Positions 1 through 9,240 of a stretch of DNA of 64,000 nucleotides are shown here, in pieces. The DNA is from Negativicutes bacterium (lineage in GTDB: Bacteria > Bacillota > Negativicutes > UBA1444), in contig CAXXIN010000018.1 of the NCBI GenBank assembly GCA_963665275.2, positions 96,001-160,000 of the forward strand, written 5' to 3'. The notes under the pieces were generated by a model. The model made no database searches, was not told where the DNA came from, and worked only from the letters and a program-made list of their open reading frames with translations. The translations under genes and the position numbers were made by a program. Each line of letters opens with the position of its first letter. Within the stretch, counting starts at the first letter, position 1.

Positions 1-119
1 GGCCCTATCGCAAGGCAATGAGTCATGAGACCGCAATTGCAGAAATTTGTCGCTGTTCAGGCATTCAGTTTGATCCGCACTTGGTGAGGTTGTTTATTCA
101 ATCTTGGGAGAAAGGCTAA
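1..119 (+). CDS. 3' end of HD-GYP domain protein (partial, runs off left edge)
   Basis: Frame 3 reads PYRKAMSHETAIAEICRCSGIQFDPHLVRLFIQSWEKG* (TAA 117-119), the typical RPYR...SGxQFDP C-terminus of HD-GYP domains. Confidence 0.8.
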   Translation, partial: PYRKAMSHETAIAEICRCSGIQFDPHLVRLFIQSWEKG

Positions 120-124
120 TTAAT

Positions 125-162
125 AAAGAACTGCAATCACGTTTGTGACCGCAGTTCTTTTT
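125..162. terminator. Bidirectional intrinsic terminator
   Basis: AAAGAACTGC...GCAGTTCTTTTT inverted repeat between convergent genes. Confidence 0.75.
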
Positions 163-185
163 AATTAGCCTTTAATTGTTATGTT

Positions 186-512
186 TTATGCAAGCAAATC
201 GACAACCGATTTTGCATTGGGTGTGTGTAAATTTAAAGTGGTTGCGGGAGATTGTTGGGCAGCTGCTTTAATCAGGTCCAACTGCTTTTGGGCATCAGTT
301 GGATTGTTAGTGGCGGGAGTTTTGGAACCCATTAAGGCTTGCGCGGTTTCTGAAAGACTTAATTCGTAAGATGCCGACGGAGTCTTTTTTTGGGTTGTCG
401 ACTGAGTAGAACTTGAATTCGCAGCAGTTTCATTTCGCAGAAGCGCGTCGGCTGCGTTTTGTCCATTCAGGGCTGTTGATTGCGATGAAATTGTGTTACC
501 CATATGAATCAC
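186..512 (-). CDS. Hypothetical Ser/Thr/Gln-rich protein
   Basis: 108-aa ORF with AGGAG RBS upstream and a terminator downstream. Confidence 0.65.
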   Translation of the reverse strand: MIHMGNTISSQSTALNGQNAADALLRNETAANSSSTQSTTQKKTPSASYELSLSETAQALMGSKTPATNNPTDAQKQLDLIKAAAQQSPATTLNLHTPNAKSVVDLLA

Positions 513-603
513 GCTCCTGAATACTTACTCTCCTTCATATAATACCAGAAAAAGGCTGATTGTGGAACAACAGAAATAAAGAAAATGCGATTGAATGTAT
601 CGG

Positions 604-2619
604 TCAAGTTTCCTGGACAAGAGAGTCAATCAAAGAATCAGCAGCGAGATGGGGTAATGTGATGAAAGACCGGCCGTTCTGTGATTGGTTGAATTCGTTG
701 ACGGTAGTGATGGAGTGGGGATTGCGGGCCCAACTGCGGCGGGCGACTCCACCCATGACATCCCATAACATTGCAGACCGTATGATGTCATCCACACGAG
801 AGCTTCCATCCAGCACAAGACCAAAACCGCCGTTGATGGCTTTCCCAATACCGACCCCGCCGCCGTTATGCAAAGCGACCAGGCTCATACCGCGAGCCGC
901 ATTGCCGGCAAAGCACTGGATCGCCATATCGGCCATGACATTGCTGCCATCTTTAATATTGGCGGTCTCGCGAAAGGGCGAGTCCGTCCCGCTGACATCA
1001 TGATGATCCCGGCCAAGCATGACCGGACCGATTTCACCGTTGCGCACCATTTCGTTGAAACGCAGGGCAATTCGTATGCGCCCGTCCGCATCCTGATAAA
1101 GGATGCGGGCCTGTGTGCCGACAACTAATTTGTTTTGCTGCGCATCACGAATCCAGACGTAATTGTCACGGTCCTGGCCACGGCGCTCAGGATCAATGCA
1201 ACCCATGGCGGCCTGGTCGGTTTTTTCCAGATCTGAGGGGTTGCCGCTAAGACATACCCAGCGGAAGGGGCCGTATCCATAATCAAACAACTCAGGGCCC
1301 ATGATGTCTTCAACATAAGATGGAAAAATGAACCCGTCTTTTTCATCGACACCATTGCGGGATACCTCGCTGACGCCTGCATCAAACACCGCTTTGAGAA
1401 AGGAGTTCCCATAGTCGAAGAAGTATGTTCCCCGAGCAGTCAAAGTGCGGATGAGTTCAAACTGTTTTCGCAGGCTGGCGTTAACCAAGGTATGAAATTT
1501 TTGTCGATCTTCCGCCAACAGGCGGGTTCGTTCGTCAAAAGAGATTCCCTGCGGACAATAACCTCCATCATAGGGGACGTGGCAGGAAGTCTGGTCCGAT
1601 AGCAGGGGTAGAGGGATATTGTGCTCAACAACATATTCAATCAAATCGACGATGTTGCCGTGATAAGCAATGGCGAGAGGTTCACGATTTACTCGTGCGG
1701 TATTAGCCAGACGAAAGACTTCCGGCAGTTGATCGGACATGCAGCTGATCCAACCCTGACTCAGACGGGTCTGGATACGGGAAAGATCAACCTCGGCTAT
1801 GATGCCGACACCTCCGGCGATTTCAATGGCCTTCCCCTGCGCACCGCTCATGCCGCCGAGACCGGAGGTGATGAAGAGGCTGCCGCGCAAATCTTCGTTA
1901 TGGCTTAGGCCAAGCTTGAGCCGTCCTGCATTGAGTAGAGTATTGAAGGTTCCATGCACAATGCCCTGGGGCCCGATATACATCCAACCGCCTGCGGTCA
2001 TTTGACCATAGTTGGCAACGCCCATCTGCTCAGCGATTTCCCAGTCGTTTTGGTTGTCGAACATGCCGACCATCAATGCATTGGTGATGATGACCCGAGG
2101 GGCGTCAGGTTTGGACGGGAACAAGCCCAACGGGTGACCCGATTCGATTACGAGGGTCTGATCCTGGGTCAATACCTCAAGGTATTGCTTGATGAGTTTG
2201 TATTGCAGCCAGTTTTGACAGACACTGCCGGTTTCGCCGTAAGTAACCAGCTCGTAGGGATATAAGGCGACATCCGGATCCAGATTGTTGTCAATCATGA
2301 CCTGGAACGCCTTGCCTTCAATGCAGGCGCCTTTGTATTCATCGATCGGTTTGCCCCGCAAGCGTTGAGGAGGCATGTAACGGTAAGCATAAATCCGGCC
2401 GCGCGTTTTCAGTTCATGCAAAAATTCCGGTGCGAGAGTCGCGTGCAGGGATGCAGGTACATAGCGCAAGGCGTTGCGCAAGGCGGTTTTCGTCTGGGCG
2501 GGCGTCAGCTTGAAACCACGGTCAGGCGCCCTTCGCAGTGCCGGGTCAAAAGAGATCGACGGTGGAAGTTCACTCCCAAGGCCGATGGAAAAATAACTGG
2601 ATTTTGCAATTTCACTCAT
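604..2619 (-). CDS. hutU: Urocanate hydratase (long ~670-aa form)
   Basis: Motifs GQMTAGGWMYIGPQGIVHGT, SGLGGMSGAQ, SDQTSCH, GRDHHDVSGTDSPFRET, HNGGGVG. Confidence 0.95.
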   Translation of the reverse strand: MSEIAKSSYFSIGLGSELPPSISFDPALRRAPDRGFKLTPAQTKTALRNALRYVPASLHATLAPEFLHELKTRGRIYAYRYMPPQRLRGKPIDEYKGACIEGKAFQVMIDNNLDPDVALYPYELVTYGETGSVCQNWLQYKLIKQYLEVLTQDQTLVIESGHPLGLFPSKPDAPRVIITNALMVGMFDNQNDWEIAEQMGVANYGQMTAGGWMYIGPQGIVHGTFNTLLNAGRLKLGLSHNEDLRGSLFITSGLGGMSGAQGKAIEIAGGVGIIAEVDLSRIQTRLSQGWISCMSDQLPEVFRLANTARVNREPLAIAYHGNIVDLIEYVVEHNIPLPLLSDQTSCHVPYDGGYCPQGISFDERTRLLAEDRQKFHTLVNASLRKQFELIRTLTARGTYFFDYGNSFLKAVFDAGVSEVSRNGVDEKDGFIFPSYVEDIMGPELFDYGYGPFRWVCLSGNPSDLEKTDQAAMGCIDPERRGQDRDNYVWIRDAQQNKLVVGTQARILYQDADGRIRIALRFNEMVRNGEIGPVMLGRDHHDVSGTDSPFRETANIKDGSNVMADMAIQCFAGNAARGMSLVALHNGGGVGIGKAINGGFGLVLDGSSRVDDIIRSAMLWDVMGGVARRSWARNPHSITTVNEFNQSQNGRSFITLPHLAADSLIDSLVQET

Positions 2620-2634
2620 GACAATCCCTCCAAA

Positions 2635-3465
2635 CTAAAGCGTTTCGTTCAGACTGCCCATACGATAACCGGACAGGTCCAGGGTAACAAAGGGGAACCC
2701 AATGGATTGAAGCTCTTTGCTGATTTTTTTGGCAGTCTCAGCATCGATCAGGTACTGCATTTGCGAAGGTTCAACTTCGATTCGGGCGATGGCTCCATGA
2801 TGACGGACTCTCACTTGTCCGGCAGCAAACCGGCGGACGACACGCTCAGCTTGTTCGATTTGCGACAGATTGGCGGCACTGATCGGCAGTCCGTAAGCGA
2901 TCCGGGATGCCAGGCAAGCAGCGCTGGGTTTGTCCCAGGTTGGTAGGCCCCACTCTTTTGAAAGGGCTCTAATTTCAGCTTTTGTCAAGCCTGCCTCAAG
3001 CAGGGGGCTTCGTACATTTGACATGGCCTCGATCGCTTTCATACCGGGACGATAGTCGCCCACGTCATCCGCATTGGACCCTTCAATGATCCAATGGATC
3101 CCATTCTGTGCCGCCCACTCGGCAAGGATGCCGAAACGAAGTTTCTTGCAGTGGAAGCAACGGTCCGGACCGTTCTGACGAAACCCTGCGTCGTCCATTT
3201 CATCTGCTGGTAGCATCAAATGTCGGATCCCGATGCCGGCAGCGATTTTGATTGCGTCTGACTGTTCTTCCATGGCCAAGGTCGACGAATAAGCAGTGAG
3301 GGCAACGGCCTTATCCTGCAAACGACGGAAAGCTGCAGCTGCCAATAAAGCGCTGTCAGTTCCGCCCGAAAAAGCGATGGCCGCCGATTGGAGTGAGTCG
3401 AGTATTTCATTGAGGCGGGCCGTTTTTATTTGTAACAGGGTTGCATGGTCTGACACTAAGGGCAC
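2635..3465 (-). CDS. larE: ATP-dependent sulfur insertase LarE (nickel-pincer cofactor biosynthesis)
   Basis: PP-loop SGGTDS, RCFHCK, DYRPG, WDKPSAACLASR, GYRMGSLN. Confidence 0.9.
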   Translation of the reverse strand: MPLVSDHATLLQIKTARLNEILDSLQSAAIAFSGGTDSALLAAAAFRRLQDKAVALTAYSSTLAMEEQSDAIKIAAGIGIRHLMLPADEMDDAGFRQNGPDRCFHCKKLRFGILAEWAAQNGIHWIIEGSNADDVGDYRPGMKAIEAMSNVRSPLLEAGLTKAEIRALSKEWGLPTWDKPSAACLASRIAYGLPISAANLSQIEQAERVVRRFAAGQVRVRHHGAIARIEVEPSQMQYLIDAETAKKISKELQSIGFPFVTLDLSGYRMGSLNETL

Positions 3466-3492
3466 CTCCGCGGAATTAAATATTCCTGGGCA

Positions 3493-4593
3493 TTATTCGA
3501 TGACGCCGCCGCCGATTACGCAGTTGCCGTCATAAATTACTACAGATTGGCCTGGAGTAATCGCCCGTTGTTTTTTCGCAAACAGCACTTCCATCCGCTG
3601 ATTCGGCAACGGCGTAATCTGTGCCGGATTTTCCGCGGCATTGTAGCGGATTTTGGCGGATGCCTGAAAGAGAGTGGTAGGGATATCGCCAGAAACCCAG
3701 CAAACATCACGGGCGATCAGGCGATCGGTGAAAATGTCGGACTCGGGGCCCAGTGTGACCGAATTTGTAGTCGGGTTAACGGCCGAAACAAACACCGGTT
3801 GACCCAAAGCTATTCCAAGACCTTTGCGCTGCCCGACGGTATAGCACGCGAAGCCTTTGTGGATTCCCAGAACTCGACCGTCCGGCGACATAAATGGTCC
3901 GGGAACAATCGCCCCCGGTACCCGCTCCGCCAGAAAACGGCGATAGTCATTGTCTGGAATAAAGCAGATTTCCTGGCTTTCCGGCTTGTTGGCCACCAGG
4001 AATCCGAATTCAGTCGCCCGGGCGCGGGTTTCCGGTTTTGTCAGCCCCCCGAGTGGCAGCAGAAAATGCGCCAGAAGTTCCTGGTTCAGATGATACAGGA
4101 CATAGGACTGATCTTTTTTTTCATCTAGTCCTTTGAGTAAACGGTATTTTTGCGTTTCAGGATTGAAATCGATTTGGGCGTAGTGGCCGGTGGCGACATA
4201 ATCGACTCCCAACTCTTTGGCCCGCTGCAGCAACGCTCCGAATTTGATATGGCGGTTGCAGGCGATACAAGGATTGGGGGTGCGCCCGGCCAGATATTCC
4301 GCTGTAAAGTAATTGATTACTTCCCGTTCGAAGTCAGCCTGAAAATTAAAGACATAATGTGGAATATCTAGCATCTGGGCGACACGGCGAGCGTCTTCCA
4401 CGGCAGAAAGGGTGCAGCAGCTTCGTTCCGGGCCTTCAGCTTCTGCTGAAGGTCCGGTCTGGGGCTCATTCCAAAGTTTCATCGTAGCGCCGATAACTTC
4501 ATATCCTTGACGTTTGAGGAGTGCGGCGGCGACTGAACTGTCAACGCCGCCACTCATGGCAATAAGAACTCGTTTTGATTTATTCATGCCCAA
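3493..4593 (-). CDS. mnmA: tRNA 2-thiouridine(34) synthase
   Basis: AMSGGVDSS, TPNPCIACN, ATGHYA, KDQSY, ESQEICF, TPGQ. Confidence 0.95.
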   Translation of the reverse strand: MGMNKSKRVLIAMSGGVDSSVAAALLKRQGYEVIGATMKLWNEPQTGPSAEAEGPERSCCTLSAVEDARRVAQMLDIPHYVFNFQADFEREVINYFTAEYLAGRTPNPCIACNRHIKFGALLQRAKELGVDYVATGHYAQIDFNPETQKYRLLKGLDEKKDQSYVLYHLNQELLAHFLLPLGGLTKPETRARATEFGFLVANKPESQEICFIPDNDYRRFLAERVPGAIVPGPFMSPDGRVLGIHKGFACYTVGQRKGLGIALGQPVFVSAVNPTTNSVTLGPESDIFTDRLIARDVCWVSGDIPTTLFQASAKIRYNAAENPAQITPLPNQRMEVLFAKKQRAITPGQSVVIYDGNCVIGGGVIE

Positions 4594-4642
4594 ATTATAT
4601 CATATTTTGCGTGTAAGTCTTTCGATTTGCGGACGGACATTT

Positions 4643-4671
4643 TTGACAGACACAGGCGCATCTGCTATGAT
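4643..4671 (+). promoter_or_regulatory. SigA-type promoter for lplT operon
   Basis: TTGACA (4643) - 17 bp - TATGAT (4666) with TG extension. Confidence 0.65.
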
Positions 4672-4776
4672 TTACGGCATACGGGCATGAGTGTCCGTTC
4701 ATTTGAATTTGTCGGTTTTTGCAGAGTTTTACGCATGTGATGCTGAGGGTTCGCGCTAAAGGCAAAGCGAGGAAGG

Positions 4777-5982
4777 GTGTGGAACTGGTTCTTGAAAATT
4801 TTGTTTTCCCCGCTCGGTGCGTTGTTGTCCAGTCAATTTCTTTCCGCTTTCGTCGATAATACGCTCCTGTTCATCGCTCAGGCGATTATCCGGCGGGATG
4901 GATTTCCCGATTATTATCTGCCGCTGGTGCAGGGCCTGTACCTTGCTTCTTATATAGTTGCATCCCCCTGGGTTGGCGTATTTTCGGATTATGTTCCGAA
5001 GGCGCGCGTGTTGCTTTATGGCAACATTATTAAAGCGCTTTGTCTGGTAGGCTTCCTTTTGGGAGTGAACCCGGCTTTGAGTTACGGTATTTTCGGACTG
5101 GGGTCGGTGATCTACAGCCCGGCAAAGTATGGCATCCTACCTTTTCTCACACGCAATGAGCATAAATTGATGCGGGCCAACTCCTGGATGGAAGGGACCA
5201 CGATTGTGGCCATTCTCAGCGGTTCGGTCCTGGGCGCAACATTGTCGGACTATTCCATTCCGCTGGCTTGTGTTGTTGGAATGTTCTTGTACGCCGGCTC
5301 CATTGCCTTTACCTGGTTGATTCCCCTGAACCCCTGCAGCGGTCACAGGCCTCGTCTGAATCAGATCGGCGAGTTTTTTTCTGACATAAAACTGTTTATG
5401 ACGCACGTTGATGCCCGATTTTCAGTCATTGGTTCCGCTTTTTTCTGGACGGTATCCAATATTCTGCGGCTGGGGATGTTCGTCTGGGTACCGGAAGCAC
5501 TTGGATTGGCCGGTAATAAACCAGTGAGCCTGTTGATGGCAGTTATTGGCGTTGGTATCGGCATCGGCGCATTCATGGCGCCTAAGTTCGTATCGGTCCG
5601 GACTTATCGTCGGGCAATACTGTTCGGTATTATCATGGGGATTACGGTGATGGTGCTGAGTTATGTGCACACTTTGAACATTGCTGTCGGGCTGATTTTC
5701 ATCGTAGGTTTGTTGGGTGGGTTATATATTGTTCCGGTCAACACCCTGAATGAATATTTGGGAGACGGGACCATCGGAACCGGCCGTGCGACAACGGTGC
5801 AAAATTTCGCCGAAAACACGTTCATGCTGATGGGAACCGGTGCTTATACTTTTGCGGAACAAATCAACATACCGATCGATCACACCATCCGTTGGTGCGG
5901 ATTGCTCTTGCTTGGCTTTATGGCATTTTTAGCTTTCTACCGCAAAGGTTGTCCGATTGCGGTACGTGGCGATATTAAATGA
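4777..5982 (+). CDS. lplT: Lysophospholipid transporter LplT-like MFS protein
   Basis: SQFLSAFVDN, YSPAKYGILP, ANSWMEG, VQNFAEN motifs; multiple TM segments. Confidence 0.8.
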   Translation: MWNWFLKILFSPLGALLSSQFLSAFVDNTLLFIAQAIIRRDGFPDYYLPLVQGLYLASYIVASPWVGVFSDYVPKARVLLYGNIIKALCLVGFLLGVNPALSYGIFGLGSVIYSPAKYGILPFLTRNEHKLMRANSWMEGTTIVAILSGSVLGATLSDYSIPLACVVGMFLYAGSIAFTWLIPLNPCSGHRPRLNQIGEFFSDIKLFMTHVDARFSVIGSAFFWTVSNILRLGMFVWVPEALGLAGNKPVSLLMAVIGVGIGIGAFMAPKFVSVRTYRRAILFGIIMGITVMVLSYVHTLNIAVGLIFIVGLLGGLYIVPVNTLNEYLGDGTIGTGRATTVQNFAENTFMLMGTGAYTFAEQINIPIDHTIRWCGLLLLGFMAFLAFYRKGCPIAVRGDIK

Positions 5983-6013
5983 TAGGTTTTGAAATTTCAA
6001 GGAGGTGTCTTTA

Positions 6014-7039
6014 ATGGAATGGTCTGAAGTCAAGGTGAACGCAAAAGAACGCTTTCATGGGGCGTGCAGGGTTTGCCCGGTTTGCAACGGAATTGCCTGC
6101 GCCGGCGAAGTTCCCGGAATGGGTGGGGTCGGAACAGGGATGGGCTTTCGCAACAACGTCAGCGCGCTGGCGGCAATTAAAATGAATCTGCGGACGGTGC
6201 ATCGGGTCAGCTCACCTTTCCTGGCAGCGACGCTGTTCGGGCAAGAACTGAGTATGCCTGTTCTGGCCGCTGCAATCGGCGGAACGGCTATGAATATGAA
6301 GGCTGAACTGAGCGAAGCCGAGTATTCGGCGGCAGTGGTATCGGGATCGGTGCAGGCTGGCGTCCTTGCGATGACCGGCGATGGACCCAAGCCGGAAGTC
6401 TTCGAAGGCGGCCTGACTGCCATCAGAGCGGAACAGGGACACGGAATTCCCATCATCAAGCCACGCGAACCGGAACGCATCGTGAAACTGGCCAACGAAG
6501 CCGCCCAAGCCGGCGCCGTGGCCTTTGGCATTGATATTGACGCTGCAGCACTGATCAACATGACTCGTATGGGGCAGCCTGTGGGACCCAAAAGCTTCGC
6601 TGAACTTGAATATATCAAAAGAAATACGAGGATCCCTTTCATCGTGAAAGGGATCATGACGGTCGACGATGCTCTGGCGTGCGTGGAAGCGGGCGTGGAT
6701 GCCATTGTGGTATCCAATCATGGGGGGCGCTCTATGGACCATACGCCGGGTACCGTTGAAGTTTTGCCTGCGATTGCCAAGGCTGTTCAGGGCCGTCTGG
6801 TCGTTATGGCTGACGGCGGCGTGCGCACGGGGATCGATGTGTTGAAGATGCTGGCACTGGGAGCTGAGTTCGTTTTGGTAGGCCGACCGGTCATTGTGGG
6901 CGCGGTTGGCGGTGCGGCCGAAGGGGTCAGGATGGTTATGGACCGTATTGCTGCTGAACTGCGTACCGCCATGGTTCTGACTGGAACCAGCGACGTCCGT
7001 TCCGTATCTTCAAGGGTAATATATCCCCCCGCTTGGTAA
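6014..7039 (+). CDS. FMN-dependent alpha-hydroxyacid dehydrogenase family protein with N-terminal Cys cluster
   Basis: SNHGGR, DGGVRTG, LVGRP; N-terminal CRVCPVCNGIAC; ATG at 6014 follows GGAGG (ORF track starts 6005). Confidence 0.85.
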   Translation: MEWSEVKVNAKERFHGACRVCPVCNGIACAGEVPGMGGVGTGMGFRNNVSALAAIKMNLRTVHRVSSPFLAATLFGQELSMPVLAAAIGGTAMNMKAELSEAEYSAAVVSGSVQAGVLAMTGDGPKPEVFEGGLTAIRAEQGHGIPIIKPREPERIVKLANEAAQAGAVAFGIDIDAAALINMTRMGQPVGPKSFAELEYIKRNTRIPFIVKGIMTVDDALACVEAGVDAIVVSNHGGRSMDHTPGTVEVLPAIAKAVQGRLVVMADGGVRTGIDVLKMLALGAEFVLVGRPVIVGAVGGAAEGVRMVMDRIAAELRTAMVLTGTSDVRSVSSRVIYPPAW

Positions 7040-7045
7040 CATAAA

Positions 7046-7294
7046 TTATTCGCTGCGAATGTCCGAAAACAGAATGGCAGGGGAATCTATGGGAAATACA
7101 TGGGGCGGAAGTCGACGCAATTCTTCGATCAGCCAGCCTTCTTCCTTTGCTTCCAGGAGCTCAAGAGCCTGTTCTGCTGATTCCGCGATAGCGATTGCGA
7201 TTGCGTCGGTATAAAGGGACTGGTGGACACAAGGTTCACCGAACATGCTCCAGCTGTGAAATTTTCGATTATGTCGCCAGAGGTACAAATTCAT
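7046..7294 (-). CDS. Small hypothetical protein
   Basis: 82-aa ORF with AAGGAG RBS and protein-like composition. Confidence 0.65.
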   Translation of the reverse strand: MNLYLWRHNRKFHSWSMFGEPCVHQSLYTDAIAIAIAESAEQALELLEAKEEGWLIEELRRLPPHVFPIDSPAILFSDIRSE

Positions 7295-7376
7295 ACGATT
7301 TTACTCCTTGTGGCAGGGTACAGGTAGCAACATTCGTGTTCTACTGTAAGCTGCCATCTTTTTATGGGATATGAGA

Positions 7377-7409
7377 AACCACCTGACCGGTTTGATCGAG
7401 CAGGTGGTT
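7377..7409 (-). terminator. Probable terminator of hydrogenase operon
   Basis: AACCACCTG...CAGGTGGTT inverted repeat just past the hfsD-like stop. Confidence 0.55.
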
Positions 7410-7435
7410 GGTGGCAAGGACCGTTTTAACTTAAG

Positions 7436-8956
7436 TTAGTCTTTCTTTGATTCGTTATGATTCTCGTGAGGGCGGTGGAGTCCAAGCTTGATGATTTCTT
7501 CGCTTTTCGGATTCGTTACGGCAGATTTTTCCGGTGAAGAACCAGCGAAATTCTCCACCAACCGGGTCGTGACTCGTGAATCCGTCAGAACGCCGGGACC
7601 GCCGACGCAACCACCGGTGCAAGCCATACCTTCGAAGAAATTGGCCGTTCGTTTGCCTGCTTCAATTTCCTGCAGGCTTTTCTTGCAATTGCCCAGTCCT
7701 TCGCAGCGTTCCGCTTGAACCGACACTTCTGGAGCCAGCTGGCTTAGGACGTTTTCGACTGCTTGCAAGACGCCGCCGGCCCGAGCAAAAATGTTTCCGT
7801 CCTTTGACCCGGCGGATTCAAAAGCTCCTGGATCAGCCTCTGTCACGTTGACACCCGCGCCGACGATCATGGTTGCCAGCTCTTCAAATGTCAGGACATA
7901 GTCGACGATACCAGGATAACGCTCCGCTTCGCTTTTTTTCGCAATGCATGGGCCGACAAATACGACGATCCCTTCGGGATCGTTTTTCTTTACGTCCATC
8001 GCAGCGGCCACCATGGGAGAAACGAGAGAAGAGATATGAGCCTTCATTGTTGGCAGATGTTTTTCCACCATGCCGACAAACGCGGGGCAGCAGGAAGTGG
8101 TCATAAACGATCCCGGCGTTTGACTGCGTTCGATAAATTCATGGGCTTCTTCGACCGCGACGGCGTCGGCGCCAACAGAGACCTCAAGCGCATCTTTAAA
8201 ACCGATCTTACGCAGGCTTGACAGCACCTGACCAGGACGGACTTGAACACCGAATTGCCCGATAAAGGCTGGCGCCAGCAGGGCATAAACGTTTCGCCGA
8301 GCTTTGATTTGTTGGATGACTTGGACAATCATGGAACGGTCGGAGATCGCGCCAAAGGGGCAGGCCATTTTGCAGGCGCCGCAATGGACACATTTATCAT
8401 AGTCGATGACAGCTTTTCTGGCCTTGTCAGCAGCGATGGCGCCGAGTTCGCAGGCGCGTTCGCAGGGACGAGAGATTTCGATGATGGCTCCGTATGGGCA
8501 GGAACGCTTGCAGAGGCCGCATTCCACACATTTCGTTTTATCGATGAATGACCGATTGGCTACGACCGATATCGCTTTTTTAGGGCAGCTCGCAATACAG
8601 CTGTGAGCGAGGCAATTTCGGCAGGCATCCGTAACGATGAAGCGATCCAGCGGGCACTGGTCGCAGGCAACCGGCAGAACCTGAATAATGGGTGAGGCTG
8701 AAATAACACCATCCAAAGCGGCAATCGCCGCTTCCGTCATGGTGGAGCTCATGGGTTGGCTGAGGGCGGACTTGATACGGTCCTGCAGCACGGCTCTTTC
8801 CTTGTGAACGCAGCAACGATACCGTGGTCCTTCGTCGGTCACGACGGAAGTCAGGATGTTTTCCACGTCTGTGTCCAAGCGTCCGTCAAAAGTCATTTGT
8901 GAAATTTCTGTTAGCACTTTTCGTCGAATTTTGGTTATTTCATTGATTTCTGGCAC
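7436..8956 (-). CDS. Monomeric [FeFe]-hydrogenase with ferredoxin domains (HfsD-like, group B type)
   Basis: H-cluster motifs TSCCPAF, GPCIAKKSE, EGMACTGGCVGG; several CxxCxxCxxxCP 4Fe-4S motifs. Confidence 0.88.
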   Translation of the reverse strand: MPEINEITKIRRKVLTEISQMTFDGRLDTDVENILTSVVTDEGPRYRCCVHKERAVLQDRIKSALSQPMSSTMTEAAIAALDGVISASPIIQVLPVACDQCPLDRFIVTDACRNCLAHSCIASCPKKAISVVANRSFIDKTKCVECGLCKRSCPYGAIIEISRPCERACELGAIAADKARKAVIDYDKCVHCGACKMACPFGAISDRSMIVQVIQQIKARRNVYALLAPAFIGQFGVQVRPGQVLSSLRKIGFKDALEVSVGADAVAVEEAHEFIERSQTPGSFMTTSCCPAFVGMVEKHLPTMKAHISSLVSPMVAAAMDVKKNDPEGIVVFVGPCIAKKSEAERYPGIVDYVLTFEELATMIVGAGVNVTEADPGAFESAGSKDGNIFARAGGVLQAVENVLSQLAPEVSVQAERCEGLGNCKKSLQEIEAGKRTANFFEGMACTGGCVGGPGVLTDSRVTTRLVENFAGSSPEKSAVTNPKSEEIIKLGLHRPHENHNESKKD

Positions 8957-8974
8957 TGTTGATTATTCCCTCCA

Positions 8975-9205
8975 TTATTGTAATATGGTTAGCAAAACTT
9001 CCCGTAATCGTTCCGGCGTGGCGTTATCCAGCATCTCTCCATTGATTCGGATGTTGGGGCCTTTGCCGCATTTTTTGAAGCAGGTGACTCCTTTGATTTC
9101 GATTTGCCGCCGCTGGTCAAAAGGTAAGGCTTCCAATACGTCCATCAGTTCTTGAGCCCCCATCAGATGGCAGGAAGTTCCCATACAGATTTCAACAGTT
9201 AACAT
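8975..9205 (-). CDS. Small thioredoxin-like [2Fe-2S] protein (NuoE-type)
   Basis: ICMGTSCHLMG...CFKKCGKGP Cys pattern. Confidence 0.85.
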   Translation of the reverse strand: MLTVEICMGTSCHLMGAQELMDVLEALPFDQRRQIEIKGVTCFKKCGKGPNIRINGEMLDNATPERLREVLLTILQ

Positions 9206-9240
9206 GAGATAACACTCACTCCTTATATGGTATCACTTGG

